Positions 51,801 to 64,000 of a DNA stretch of 64,000 nt are shown here, piece by piece. Under the pieces are notes generated by a model. The model saw only the letters and a program-made list of their open reading frames with translations. It was not told where the DNA came from and did no database searches. This stretch comes from Sphyrna mokarran. Taxonomy: Eukaryota. Position numbers and translations under genes: made by a program. How positions within the stretch are numbered: position 1 is the stretch's first letter; every line of letters begins with the position of its first letter. The stretch covers positions 91,016,001-91,080,000 of the forward strand of contig JAGIQG010000003.1 of NCBI GenBank assembly GCA_024679065.1, written 5' to 3'.

Positions 51801-53091
51801 GGTCTGTGAAAAGAATTATGCCAAGGGTCCTGCATGGCTACCATGAACAGTTGACCGGGACAGGGCTGGTATCCTATAAATTATGCGTGGGTGAGACCAT
51901 CCAGGAAAACCATCTGGATGGGGTGTGGGGCTCAATATCACAATTTGTCCAGGAGCCAACTATGCCCAGTGGGCTGAGAACCAAGGAACATCCCCCGGCT
52001 CTCCATTGCTTTTAGTTTGGACTTCAAAGTTTGAAATGGACACAATGGAATAAATTACGGCTACCTCTTTGCCTCCTAAGGAATAGAGTGAACTGGAACT
52101 CAGGTGCTCATGTCATAAGAGGTAAGTACCTGTTCGATACACCTCAGCCAAATTGGATGTCGAATTGTGGGAACTGGATCCGGCACTAAAAGGCCACAAG
52201 AGATCCATGATGGGAGTGCACTGCTGAGGTTCCTTGGATCTACGGGAGGAGGGGTGGAATGACCTCAATGAGCCCCATGAGATAGGCCTTTTGGAGTATG
52301 AGCTCCCTTATTGAGTTAATAATCATCTGCCCAATCAGTGAGTCTCAGTCTTGATAAGGAATGTCAGATCTATTGATTCTCTAAATTCTGACTTTGTACC
52401 TGAAACACTGTTAAGAGTGGAAATAAGTTTGTAAATAAAAGGAATCTGGTAAGGGACACCAGCCTTTGAGGAGTTATTTCAGTTGCATCAAAAGTTCTAG
52501 CCATCTCTGAAGTCTGGGCCCCATTTTAAATCTAGGTAATGCAATGTCTCTTTAATTCAAAGCACATTGTTTATTCTTCCTTGAATTCCTCTGAACAATA
52601 CATTAGTTTCTTCACTTAACTTCATTCATCTGAAACATTCTTTCTGTTCCAATTCTCTGGTTATTGGGACTGTATCCTGTTTCATAGAATGCTTGCATCT
52701 TTGTAACTCCCTTATCCTGTCCAACTTCTCCTAGCAGAGTTGAGAGCTGCTCATTTCTCAGTGATCTGTCTCCAACTTCTCTGACTTCCAGTTAAAACTA
52801 AGAAAAAAGAAAACATTTTTCACCTTAGAAGGGCCTCCAGTTGCTAAGCAACAAACACATACTTATTCTATTTATTCTTCATGCTGTAACCCTCTCTAAG
52901 TACAGTAGAAACACAGTTGGAATTTAACCAACAATGACACATACACAAATACCTTTGCCTAGCATGACCCTAACCAAAAGTTCTTTCCAGGCACAGAAAC
53001 AATAAATTAAACCTACTTAAAACTATAGCGTATTTGTCATGTTTATACCTACAAATATAAATCCCTTTAAACTATTTTTCGTTCCCTAACA
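48888..53091. mobile_element. LTR-like insertion (probable solo LTR, ~1 kb net) hosting a Gypsy element
   Basis: Starts TGTTG, ends TAACA. Flanks GCTG/ACTG exactly interrupt the LINE RT at AFDRVW. Net pieces are 48888-49245 and 52482-53091. Confidence 0.7.
49246..52481 (+). mobile_element. Gypsy/Ty3 LTR retrotransposon, internally deleted and decayed
   Basis: 5' LTR remnant ending TTATTTCA 49418; PBS-like TGGAGACAAGGA 49420; gag GKLNSFDPAAEDWAQYIECMHYFFRAN; RT YLDD 50353-64; integrase (RLQMDYAGPF, APYHPSSNGFAERAVQT); PPT GGGAGGAGGGG 52244-54; 3' LTR 52255-52481 TG..CA. Confidence 0.93.
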
Positions 53092-55929
53092 ACTGAGTGT
53101 GACATCAAGGAATCCCAGCAAAACTGGAATCAATGGGAATTAGGAGAAACTCCCCACTGATTGGAGTCGTACCTAACGCAAAGGAAGATAGTTAGTAGAG
53201 ATTAACCATCCCTTTCCTGAGATATCTCTGCAGGAGTTCATCAAGGTTGTCCAAGGCTCAACTATCCTGAGCTGCTTCATCAGTGACCATCACTCCATCA
53301 TAAGGTCTACCATGAGGATGTTTGTGATGTTCACACAACGCTCAGCACTATTTGTGACTTGTTGAATACTCAAGCATTCTGTGTCCAAACACAGCAAGAC
53401 TTGGATAACATTCAGATTTGGACTGACAATGGCAAGCAACATTCATGCCACACACATGTCAGTGTATTCAACAAGAGGAAATTTAAACATTTTCCCTTGA
53501 CATTCAATGCAATTACCATTGAATCCCCCACTATTAACATCCTATGGGTTACCATTGATCTGAAACTGAACTGGACAAGCCATATAAATACTGTGACTGA
53601 AAAAACAGGCCAGAATTCTGCAGCATGTAATTCACATCCTGAGTCCCCAAAGCCTGCCCACCATCTACAAGGCACAAGTAAGCAATGTGAATCTTGAGCT
53701 GCCGAGACGAGTATGGCTCAAGCAATACTGAAAGAATGTGGAACCATCCAGGCTAAATAGCCTGTTTGATTGACACCCTATCTACCACCTTAAGCATTTA
53801 CTCCCTCCATGACTGACACAGTGAGGCAGTATTATGTGCCATTTACAATTTGCAGTGCAGTAACTCATCAAGGTTCCTTCGACAGCACTTTCCAATCCTC
53901 TAACCTTCACTATTTAGAAGGACATGAAATGTTCACTATTTAGAAGGCATGGGAACACCACCCACCTACAGGTTCTCCTCCAAGCCATTCACCATCCTGA
54001 CTTGGGAATATATTGTCTTTCCTTAAGTATTGCCGGATCAATATTTTCAGACTCCCTAACAGCAGTGTGGTCTGCCTCTATATCAAGTGGACTGCAGCAG
54101 TTCGAGAAGATGGCTCACCAGCATCTTCTCAAGGGTAATTAGAGATAAGCAATAAATGTTGGTGTAACTGCAGCACCCATATGCCATGAAAGAATAAAAA
54201 ATCATTTGGAGTTGAGATAGAGAAATAGAATGTTAACATACGTAAGTTCCTTCCTGAAATTAAGGTAAACTATGTCTAATAGGATTGCTGCAACTATAGG
54301 AACTTACAAAAATAAGGTTAAAATACCCACACTTTGTCAGTGAAAGTAGTGAATTGAACCACGTCGCGTTGGTTTGTCTATGTTGAGTGATGTACTGGTA
54401 CCATATTGATGCCAAAGCTGTCATGGTGGAATGGCCGTCCAGGTGGTGGCCTGCTCTGAAGCGAAGGGCTGAGCCTGCCAGCCCACACTCAGGCAGAAAC
54501 CACCACTGAACCGTGACACTCTTTCCCCGTCACAGGCCGTGTGCTTTTGAAAAGACAAGCTGTCCAGCTAATTATCCCGACTGGGGATACAGCCTGCCAC
54601 TGGGACCCCATCATGGGCGGTCTGGCATTTCTGCAACTGTTGAAATATTTGGTCTCAGCCACAAGCCTGACATCTATCAGGACCAGCTGAATTTTTCACC
54701 TCTGTCATGTCTTCAGCAGATTTTTCTTTGTATAACAGCCGTGTCTGTAATTAACAATATCCACTCTAAATCTTGAAGTCACAAAGGTTATATAATACCA
54801 GGATTAATGTATTGCTGTCTTGAATATGAAAAACCCAGAGAACAGTAAATCATGGGCTATTTTTGTGACTGAATCAAACTTGTAGTGCATTTATGTAATA
54901 TTCTGTTGTAAAATCATCCCTGATAAGGCATTACCATCTTGTGTAGGATAGGATAGTCCTTTTACCAATATAAATATGAGTTTCCAAACTTGGATGTGGT
55001 ATGGGTAGTGGGTATAAGATGAAGACAGCATATTCTGTTATTCAACAGTGCCATTTAGACCTTTCCAATACTGACGAAGCTTTCACTGGCAGATGTCCAT
55101 GAATTTACATTCAGAAACACATATAATAAATGTCCTGTAAAGCAACTGAAGAGAACATGACATAAATAAGAGATAATAAAAATCTCAACATGTTTCAAGG
55201 GGAACATCATTACAGGAGTATACATTAAATTATTTAAATAACAGACTTCTTACTGACAGAAAATATCCATAACTTTATCCTGCTTTTCTTTGCCCCTTAC
55301 TCTGGCGCCATTCCATAACAAACCAACATTCTGAGTCTCACTTCTCCACAGTGAACTGTTCAGCTAGTATCAGTGACAAGACCTGCCAGTGAGCAGCTCC
55401 ACAGGAAATTGTATGGATCCTAGTCAATGTTTGACCTGACAAATCTCAGCTGTACTTTTTGTTTGAAAAAAATGAACATTACCTACCAGACAAGTGGTAT
55501 TTTAATTATCTTTTTGGAACCATATCTGGTAATGGGGAAGAGTATTTCATAATGAAAGTACTACTTATTTGAAATAAATACATATCCAAGTGAAATTAAC
55601 TAATATTTTCCCTGGGGTAAAAATGCGACAGCTACATTCAATTGTACTTGTTGCATTGTGACATATAATGACAATAACTTTGGAAAGATTCTATTCATAT
55701 GCTACTCTGCATGAAAGAAGTTAAAGATAAAATAATTGTTGTACAGTTAGAACTGTTAAGAAAATGCTTTTACCTATTTTCTAAGTTCTCCACAAAAACA
55801 CAATATGAGGAAGAAGATTTGTTACAAAGATAATAGAAGTTTGACTGAGTACTGCAGTGATGAGAACACTGTACTTTTATCTCTGAAACTGATGATTCAA
55901 ATTTAAACCAGAGAGACGGGAAGAAAGGC

Positions 55930-56500
55930 TCTTGTTTCTGATAACTATTAGGGGTTTTAAGTGAATCGAGTCTCAGGCAATCTCAACCCAGCTCCCAATG
56001 GACATGAGTCCACAGAATAAAATTGCCCTCATATTCAACACTGTTGGCAATAAATTGTAATCTTTCAAAGGGAGTGCAGAGGTTAAGATTTAGACTTGTT
56101 GTCACGGTAATGCAGTGGAACCATGTCTTCGGTCTAATCTTACCTGTACTGCATCTTAACTTGATGAGACAACAAAGGTCCAGTGGGGGAAATCTTACCA
56201 TTTCTCTGTTTTGCTGTCACGGATTTCAATGAACATTCAAATATTTAAAAATACATACTTAGAAGTAATAAAAAATATTTAAAAGTGATAAACCTTTATT
56301 GATTGTTGTTACAGTGCTTGAACAGTTTGTTGCAAAATAAATGCTGGTAATACTTGCAGAAAGGAAAGGATGTCTTGATCTGATCGATTCTAATGTTACT
56401 AGAGTGGCCATTTTGGAATCAAGGTTGCGAGGGCAATACAACCCCATCATGTATTTGCAAAGCTTTGACATGTCTGTCAAGCAATTTTTTAATGTAAAAA
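55930..56500. promoter_or_regulatory. Candidate conserved non-coding element
   Basis: Repeat-free block with TTCAAAG (TCF), AACAAAG (SOX), CAATAAA (posterior Hox/Cdx), TGTCA and TAATC motifs. Confidence 0.3.
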
Positions 56501-58032
56501 AATGGATTCCATAAAATGTGCAACATTCTATTGACTTATTTTACTTTAAATGATCTTCTTTTAAAATGTCTTCAAAGTATTTAATAATCTTCCTTCTGAT
56601 ACGTATTTTAATTGGTATGAAAAAGGTGGCTTCTTAATCTTTTCATTTGCTAATTCATTATTCAACAGAGGCAAATGCTGAACTATTTCAATTATAGTTC
56701 CATCAATAGCAATTCACACTTACATTAAATATCAACCTACTCGAAACGAGAGCTATTCCCTGCCATTCCTCCGAACTACACTTTGCATTGATGACTCTGT
56801 CTAATTGCAGTCTAAAAGACTTGACCCTATTGCATGCCTTTTCAAAAAATACAATTTCTTTTGTTAAAAAAACCCCACAGCTCCAAATGTTAAAATATAA
56901 TGAATTTTCTTAGACCCCTTAATAATTTTCTTTTCCAAATTGTGGGGTGTGAGGGTTGGAGGTGTGCTCTTTCATTGTGACTGGAGTTTTCATTTATGTT
57001 CGGTTCCAATTATATGTATTTGAGTACTGAATGTCCTTTGCAACTATTAAAATGGAGTAAGCTTTTATCATATCATAACATCCATGAAAATGAGTTTCTG
57101 TAAATTGGCAAAACTGAATATTCAGTAAGCTAGCAAGAATATCAAACATTCTTATTGCACATTGTTCTCTAAATACTGCAGTAAATTTTTATCCTTATTT
57201 AAGATTAATAAATCAAACTGAAATCAGAAATTAACTTTATGCAAAACAGTTGCAGTTCTTTTATTATTCTATCCAATTTGCTAGCTCAAATTTGAACTTT
57301 TATGGGGGCTGAGTTAATGGAACATTGGAAGCAACATGTATGAAATGTAATTGGTTGGGATTGTTAGTCAATTGTAGAACAGGACATTTGATATAATGGG
57401 GCTATACAAAATTGAATCATGGGGAAACCAGTTTTCTTTATTTCACTGCCTAATTTCTGACAAAAATAGTCCAAAATATGTTTCTCCCCTCTATAATGTC
57501 CCATATTCTTAAATTGTAAAGACAAACACCTATGCTTATACTTGTGTGTTTCAATTAGGTTGTATTCGTATGTTTGGCATTTGGAAGACACTTAGGAGTT
57601 AATATGTTGTGCATCAGTTATGTAATCGTTCTGATATTCAGATCCAATGGCATATGAACAGTGTGTTGGCATGGCTGTCTGTCCTTAGCCCCAATCATAT
57701 TGAAGCAGAATGGCATAACAGAAAAAATGCAGAGTGTCTTTTCCCACATTGTTATTAGCTGAAATTGCATTTTAGAAACTTCAGCAATGAGGAAAGAGAG
57801 ACATGCATACACATACATAACCTAAGGTCTATTAGCTCTTCAGCTGAGATGTGGATGATTATATATCCTCTCGAGGAGAAAGGTAACAAAACATGAAAAG
57901 TTGAACTTTAATTGCATCACCATTCCCAACCCCAGATCTGTTTGTGCATTCTGAAGTACACAGTTTATCAAATTTAACATACAGGACAAAACTTTACCAA
58001 AAAATTACAAAGTGTCAGGATCTGATTGAAAA

Positions 58033-58965
58033 CTGGTGTATTTCTCTGCAGAAAAACAGGCAGGTTTTCTCCCCAGATTGTCAAAAAATAAATGGCAGGA
58101 CAAGGATGTGTTTCATACTATCATGTTGAGGGATGGAGCCTAAACACGCTGGCACCATTTTTAAAGGTGTCCTAATCAGAGGAAAAAAATAATCTTTCTT
58201 CTACTCACCGCACCAGAGATCCCCACAATCAAAGCCAGCATCACGCCACTCACTAACGATCAAAGCCAGGATTACACCCAACTCCCTGGCCCGCCACGCC
58301 GATCAAAGCCAGCGTCATTCCCCCCCCACCCCAAAGATCGAAGCCAGCATCCCCCCCCAACCCCAATGATGGATGCCAGCATCACCCCTCTCAAACCCAA
58401 TGATGAATGCCAGCAACAAACTGCCCCACAATCAAAGCCAGCACCCTTCCACACCCCCTCCCCCTCCCCTCCCCCTCCCCCTCCCCCTCCCATGTTTATA
58501 GCCATGAGTGGCACCCCCACCGCTTTCACATCTGTTCTCCCCCCCGACCAGCCCCAGGCTTTCACTAGGGACTGTCCCCAGCACTGTCTGCCAGCACTGT
58601 GCCAGAACCAGTGCTAGGGCACTGTCTGGCCATGTTCTTCTCCCCTAGGGGCTATGCTCATTTTTAAGCCGGGGTGGGTGGAATTTTCATGACAGGTTCA
58701 CATCTGGGTGAACCTATTGTAAACCTCACAAAAGTTACATCACTTCGGCGAGGTTTGAAAATATGCAGAAGGGGGAATATATGGTGTGAGGTCCTGTTAA
58801 TGATATTAAAATTTATTATAATGCATTTAAATGAGGTTGTCGTCCTTTGTCACTGGCATAAAATCATGGAACAGGGTCTCTCCAGAGAGAATTGTGCTTT
58901 CCGCTTCTCTCCAGTTTTTCAGTCACCGTTCTCTTTGATGGCGAACATGGTCTAAAATCACACCC
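58033..58965. mobile_element. Non-autonomous Harbinger-type element with internal minisatellite
   Basis: Right terminus TAAAATCACACCC. About six ATCAAAGCCAGC-core units of ~30-45 bp at 58225-58445. Interior resembles 19235-20255. Confidence 0.55.
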
Positions 58966-60059
58966 ACAATAAAGACACAACAAATAAGGTGAGGTGAGTG
59001 ACGGGGGGGGCAGGGTGGGAAAATGGGTCAATGATTGGAGGCCAGGAGCAAAGGGTTGATAACGGGGGAGGGTGGGAAGAGGCCAATGATCATGGGGAGA
59101 GGAGAAGGGGCTAGAGTGGTGCGGAGGGGTAGAGAAGTACCAACACTGAATAATGGAGAGCAGAATGGAGCTTCACTATGAGAGGAGGTTTACTCAGGTT
59201 ACTTTAAAGGGGAGCCCTTTCACCCTGATCTCTGCGCAACAGATTTTGCCAATATGATTTGGCCCCGCACCTGTAGGATGGTTGAATCACACCCCCTTAA
59301 TTTGTTTTGACAGTATGGTAAATTCTGGAAAGAAATCTGACTAGTTTCTCTGGAGAGAAACAAGCCAGCCAGAAAGAACACTGCCACATTCTTGAGATTT
59401 AGGCCAGAGTGTTAGCTAGATTAAGTTAGAGCCTCTGCATTTAACTCACTCTTTTGAGTAGACAAATTCTGCATCAATGTTCATATGCATAATTCCATAC
59501 TTTTTATTTGTTGCTGATATAAAAGTTTCAGTTCCAGATATGGGAAAACATTCCCATTTTCAATTGCAATTTTGTAAAAAAAATCATGGAATCAGACAAA
59601 GGATGTAAAGAAAAATATTTTACAGTGCTTAACTGAAAAGAATTGGAATAGGAAGAAGGAAAGCAAAAAGAAAACTCGCAAGTCAAAAAAAAATAGAGAC
59701 GTGGAAAGAAAATAGAAAATCAAGTAAAGGAATCAACGCAGGGAGGTCAGAGGTTATAAATTTAGTTTATTGCAGAGACAGACTGGAGCTTTGTAACAAT
59801 GTGGCTTTGCGGGTTATAGTAAAATCTTCAAACAGTTAACAAAATGAGATAAGAAAGACCTAGTAAGACAGCTAAAAGTTGATGATGGAAGCTGAGGTCC
59901 CTCTCGGAGAAATGTGGCACAACCTTTCAGAGAAACAAGAAACCCTTTTCTCCTGCAGTGTCTTTCCTAAGCCCCATAGCATCTGACTGTTTTGCTCACT
60001 CCAGCGCCCACGTCTATTACCCACTCATATAATGCTGTGTCATGTATATATTTCATATT

Positions 60060-61130
60060 ATGAGGTTTCCCTTCAGATCTCATGGCTTGTCAGTAAAGCA
60101 GGAAAATTGTACATAATCCAGGCTGTCAAGATGGCTGGGTGCGGTGAGGGGGAGGCGAGTGGAGGGGGGGTGGTTTGGATTTAATGGTGTTCTGTCTGAC
60201 TGACAGTTGTTTGCAGCACGCCGTCTATCAGACAACACTTCACAATGTGAATATGTCGTGAGGGAGCTGATTAAAGTGGGTTACATTCCGAGCATTCCTG
60301 CCGTCAAACTGACAAATACTAATCTTGTCATATTTGGCAAAAGAGCGCAGACCGCTTGATTAATATTCATAGGCCTTAAATGCTAGATTGGATGTAATTT
60401 TTGCCCCTTTTATACCTTGCAAATGCTTTGCAGCTTGTCTCGGGGATGATTAATGCAAAGCAATTTTCTGAGCAATTTGGTTCTTTTTGTAATTTATCGG
60501 AACACTCCGTTGAGTGAGGGGCAAGGGGCTTTCAGGTGATCCCTAGGAAAGTGGCACTTCTAAAGGTTACAGTGTTTAGATGTCTGGTCACATATCCAAC
60601 CGAACTGCATTTAATTCAGGTGCTTGATTGGATTAAATGAGTTTTCCATATTCTTTATTAAGGAGCTGTCAGTGCTGGGAGCTGGTGTCAGGGAGGTTGT
60701 GCCACATTTGATTATTCACAGTTAATACATTAGGTAAGAAAGAAAGGTTGAAAATGCAAAAAGTGCAAGCATTACCTCCAGAAATGGGAATTGCTGCTGA
60801 CGGCTCCCATTTTCACTCTGTTTGTTCAGCGGCTATGATAAATGCCAAAAGGCAACCTCCGAACGTGGGGCGATAAATGCCAGAGCATCGAAAGTCTTTT
60901 TTTCTGAATGATGAGATTTCCATAATGTAAACTAGATTATAACAATACCAGTGCTTCTCATGTATTTTAAATGAAGCGTTCCAATTTCCTCGCATATACC
61001 TGAAGGCAAGATGCTGATCTGAATACAGAGAGAGAGAGAGAGAGTTAGGGAAAGGATCCATTTTAAAATAAATACATGATTTGGGAGAGAAAAAATGGAA
61101 TGCCTGCTCAGTGTAAACGCATTAAGTGAC
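60060..61130. promoter_or_regulatory. Candidate conserved enhancer cluster
   Basis: Repeat-free and CpG-retaining; TGACTGACAG 60197, TGATTAAT 60357 and 60447, TAATCC 60114, GGATTA 60630, several TGTCA. Confidence 0.5.
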
Positions 61131-63194
61131 AATTTTATTTCTTTGTGTGTAGTAATGTCTGGAAAAGTTTCTTGCATTTTTGTGGAGTCTGTATATCACA
61201 CTTGGAAACAAGTGGTAGTCATTGATGGACCTCTAAGTCTTTCTCTATACTTCCCCAACACTGGGATATTGTTAGAGCCAAGGTAGATATATTTGATAAA
61301 GATAGATAAATATTACGATTTTTCATCATGTAATGAAAGAATCACTCTTCAACTTGCATTCTCCAAAGTAACATTTTCCTTTGGTTCCCCAGAGGTATTC
61401 CTCAGAATCTACATCAAGAAATCAGGCAATTACTCTGGCTCGTTGTCTTCCAGCATGGTGCAAAGGGGCCAAGGCTGGCTGCAGAATTGAGTAAAGTCTA
61501 AACTTGCTTCACGTAGCTAATCTCTGCTATCATCCAATGTGCACTTGCAGTTAGAAGCTCGCTGAAGGAACATTGTCAAGAAATTAAAAGGCTTCGGGCA
61601 ATCTGTTGTCAGCTTGATGCTAAATCCTTGCGGATGAAGAAAACAGGTTCGATTAGACTTTATAAAGGTTTCTGAATTATAGATGGAAATAAGGAATGGT
61701 TAACAAGAGGGGAGGACATTGGACAATGAGAAAACAGGGTACTACCTGGCCTTTTTTTGATAGCTGCAAAATACAAGTTCTGCTGATTGAGGCCCATTTA
61801 GTATGCTCTCAGTATAATCTATGAACTTGGAAACAAATGAGAGAATACAATACATCTGTCAGGAAGCCGACAGGTAAGCCTAACCATTGGTACCAGATAG
61901 AATACCCAATCTAGCCTATCAAGATGTGTTACATGTCAAACTATTCCATATTTACTATCAATTGATGATGAATTGCCAAATATCTTAGTTGTTCTCTTAT
62001 CATTCATACCCATGATCCAGTGGACAGAAATTTAAGCTGGAATTGTACAACTGGAAACCATGTCATAGTTTTAAAGTCTTCATGTCTCAAGTTATTGTGA
62101 CACAACCTAGCTTATAATGTAAGGTCGCTTGCAAACATTAGGTTTTTCCCCAAAAAGTCAAAATGCCACAGAAAAGCAGAGCCTTTGCTACAGAGGCCGA
62201 TCTACCTCCTGTCACTAAATGGTCAGGTCACCTCCCAAACTAACCCCACCTCACAGACATAAGGGTAACTCAACCTGTCCCATTAGAGGCCAGAACCCCT
62301 GAGTCAGAGACCTCACACCCTACACCCCGCTGCATCCAGTTAGAAGTCTCATCCCCACCCAACAAGAGAAACACTCCAATATTACAACAGCAAAGGCCTT
62401 GTCCCCTTCTGGCTGGCCCCTGCCGCCCTGCCAGTGACACCCTGCCAGTGACACAGCTGGCTGCTGAAGCATTGCCCCCTGGATGTTGGGTAACTAGGCA
62501 AATGTGTGTTGTTATATGTGTGTTTGTGCAACTTATATCTCAACTACTTCTCTGCTTGGAAGGTAAGAAATTTCAGGGGATCTGGAGTCAATGTTGAGGA
62601 TGTCCACGGCCAGACTCTTGCAACTGTATGCCACTGTACCATCAGCTGTAGTCCATTTGTCCTGCCGATGGGATAGGACATACCCTTGGATGGTTACAAG
62701 GACATTGGTTACAAGGTATGATTAACTGAATATGTCAGACTGAGATTTTCTGACCCTTCCACTGGCAGTCATTGTTGTGGGTGGGACAGGAAAACTTGGA
62801 AAACTCATCGGTGGTGGGCCTGGAAAAACCCACCATCTATGTCAGGCTGTTGTTTGATTCACCCATCCAAGTCCCTAGATGTTAATGAGATGGACTTTGC
62901 AGAGCTATGCCTTGCTGGCTGGTACATCTGGTGCTATTGTTAACTGACTTTTCTGTGGCAATCTGATACTACTAAGTGGCTTGCAATGCTATTTGAGAAA
63001 GCAATTAATAATCAACCACATTTTTGTAAGTCTGGAGTCACATGTATGTTAGACTGTGTATGAAAGCAAATTTCCTTTTCTAAAGAACATTAAGGGACAA
63101 AACTATTGCTTTTATGGTCCCCATCACCAGAACTAGATTTATTAATTAATTGAATTTAAACTGCTGTCCCCTACCCTCATCTCCTCTGCTATCA

Positions 63195-63532
63195 TTGAAT
63201 CATAAGTCCCTACTGTACAGAAGGAGACCATTTAGCCCATAAAGTCTGCATTGACTCTCTCTGACTCTTGACAGGGTATCTTACACAGGCCCTCTCCCCT
63301 GCTCTATTTCTGTAATCGCACACATTTATCCTGGCTAACCTATCTAACTGATACAACTTGGAACACTATGGGGCACTTTAATATGGCCAATCTATCTACC
63401 CTGCACATTTTTGGACTGTGGGAGGCAACCAGAGCACCTGGAAGAAACCCATACAGACAATCACCCAAGGCTGGAATTGAACCTGGGTCTCTGATGCTGT
63501 GAAATTGCAATGCTAATCACTGTGCCACCCTG
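63195..63532 (-). mobile_element. HE1 V-SINE nested in an antisense tRNA-SINE (~63005-63620)
   Basis: CTGCACATTTTTGGACTGTGGGAGG core and TGCTAATCACTGTGCCACC head; CR1-type tail at left. Confidence 0.85.
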
Positions 63533-63625
63533 CTATGCTGGGATTTGAACTAATGTCATTGGAGAATTAGCCTGAATTTCTGGATTATTAGCTTTGTAAT
63601 TTTATCATTACACTACCAACTCTGT

Positions 63626-64000
63626 TATAGAGTCATAAAGTCATAGAGGTTTACAGCATGGAAACAGTCCATTCGGTCCAACTTGTCCACACACCCTTTT
63701 TTTCAAACCCCTAAGCTAATTCCAATTGCTCGTATTTGGCCCATATCCCTCTATACCCATCTTACCCATGTAACTGTCTAAATGCCTTTTAAAGGCAAAA
63801 TTATGCCTGCCTCTAGTACTGCCTCTGGCAGCTTGTTCCAGACACTCACCACGTTCTGTGTGAAAAACTGCCCCGGACACTTTTGGATCTCTCCCCTTTC
63901 ACTTTAAGCCTATGCCTTCTAGTTTTAGACTCCCGTAGCTTTGGGAAAAGATATTGACTATCTAGCTGATCTATGCCCTTCATTATCCTATAGACATTTT
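63626..64000 (-). mobile_element. CR1 (HER1-like) 3' end, runs off the window
   Basis: Reverse complement of 16540-16912 (ATAGAGTCAT..AGTCATAGAGGTTTACAGCATGGAAACAG). Confidence 0.92.

Larger units (their letters stand above)
48640..54200 (+). mobile_element. CR1-group LINE (RT C-half plus 3' UTR), split at 48887/53092 by LTR insertions
   Basis: NRPISILL..KVMEGVI, RVTALDTKATF | RVxHQG..AKLESMG, QQDLDNIQIWTD, PTINILWVTIDLKLNWTSHIN; tail GGTAATTAGAGATAAGCAATAAATG...AATAAAAA. Confidence 0.9.

Noticed and set aside
53906-53951. 26-bp local duplication (TTCACTATTTAGAAGG x2); similar 14-bp duplication near 62428
   Set aside because: Ordinary slippage duplications inside decayed repeats.
58225-58445. 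CRISPR-like repeat-spacer array
   Set aside because: The core is only ~12 bp and degenerate, spacers are low-complexity and related, the context is a vertebrate transposon, and there are no cas genes.
1-64000. The many 60-165 aa six-frame ORFs as host genes
   Set aside because: None resembles a cellular protein. Those with meaning are fragments of LINE, Gypsy or Harbinger ORFs; the rest are chance ORFs.

Overview
Eukaryotic, AT-rich, repeat-dense DNA with no recognisable host protein-coding exon. The repeat set (HE1-type V-SINEs, CR1/HER1 LINEs, SacSINE1-like Deu-SINEs, L2, Rex1, RTE, Penelope-derived repeats, many Harbinger elements) points to a cartilaginous fish (shark), most likely a large intron or gene desert. 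Main structures: a ~6 kb full-architecture but decayed PIF/Harbinger transposon (41352-47344; spliced Myb/SANT gene plus convergent HARBI1-like transposase), a three-level nest LINE > solo LTR > Gypsy (48640-54200), a 1.3 kb CR1 3' piece, a solo LTR with TSD at 542-1310, two Penelope-like inverted elements with TSDs, and several repeat-free, motif-rich blocks that look like conserved enhancers or a first exon. The most striking observation: five Harbinger-type termini sit at the same trinucleotide of a short Penelope-derived repeat, and that trinucleotide is the predicted cleavage triplet of its minimal hammerhead ribozyme. Nearly all listed ORFs are spurious or transposon debris. Family names are from recognition by eye, not database searches, and old-repeat boundaries are approximate.
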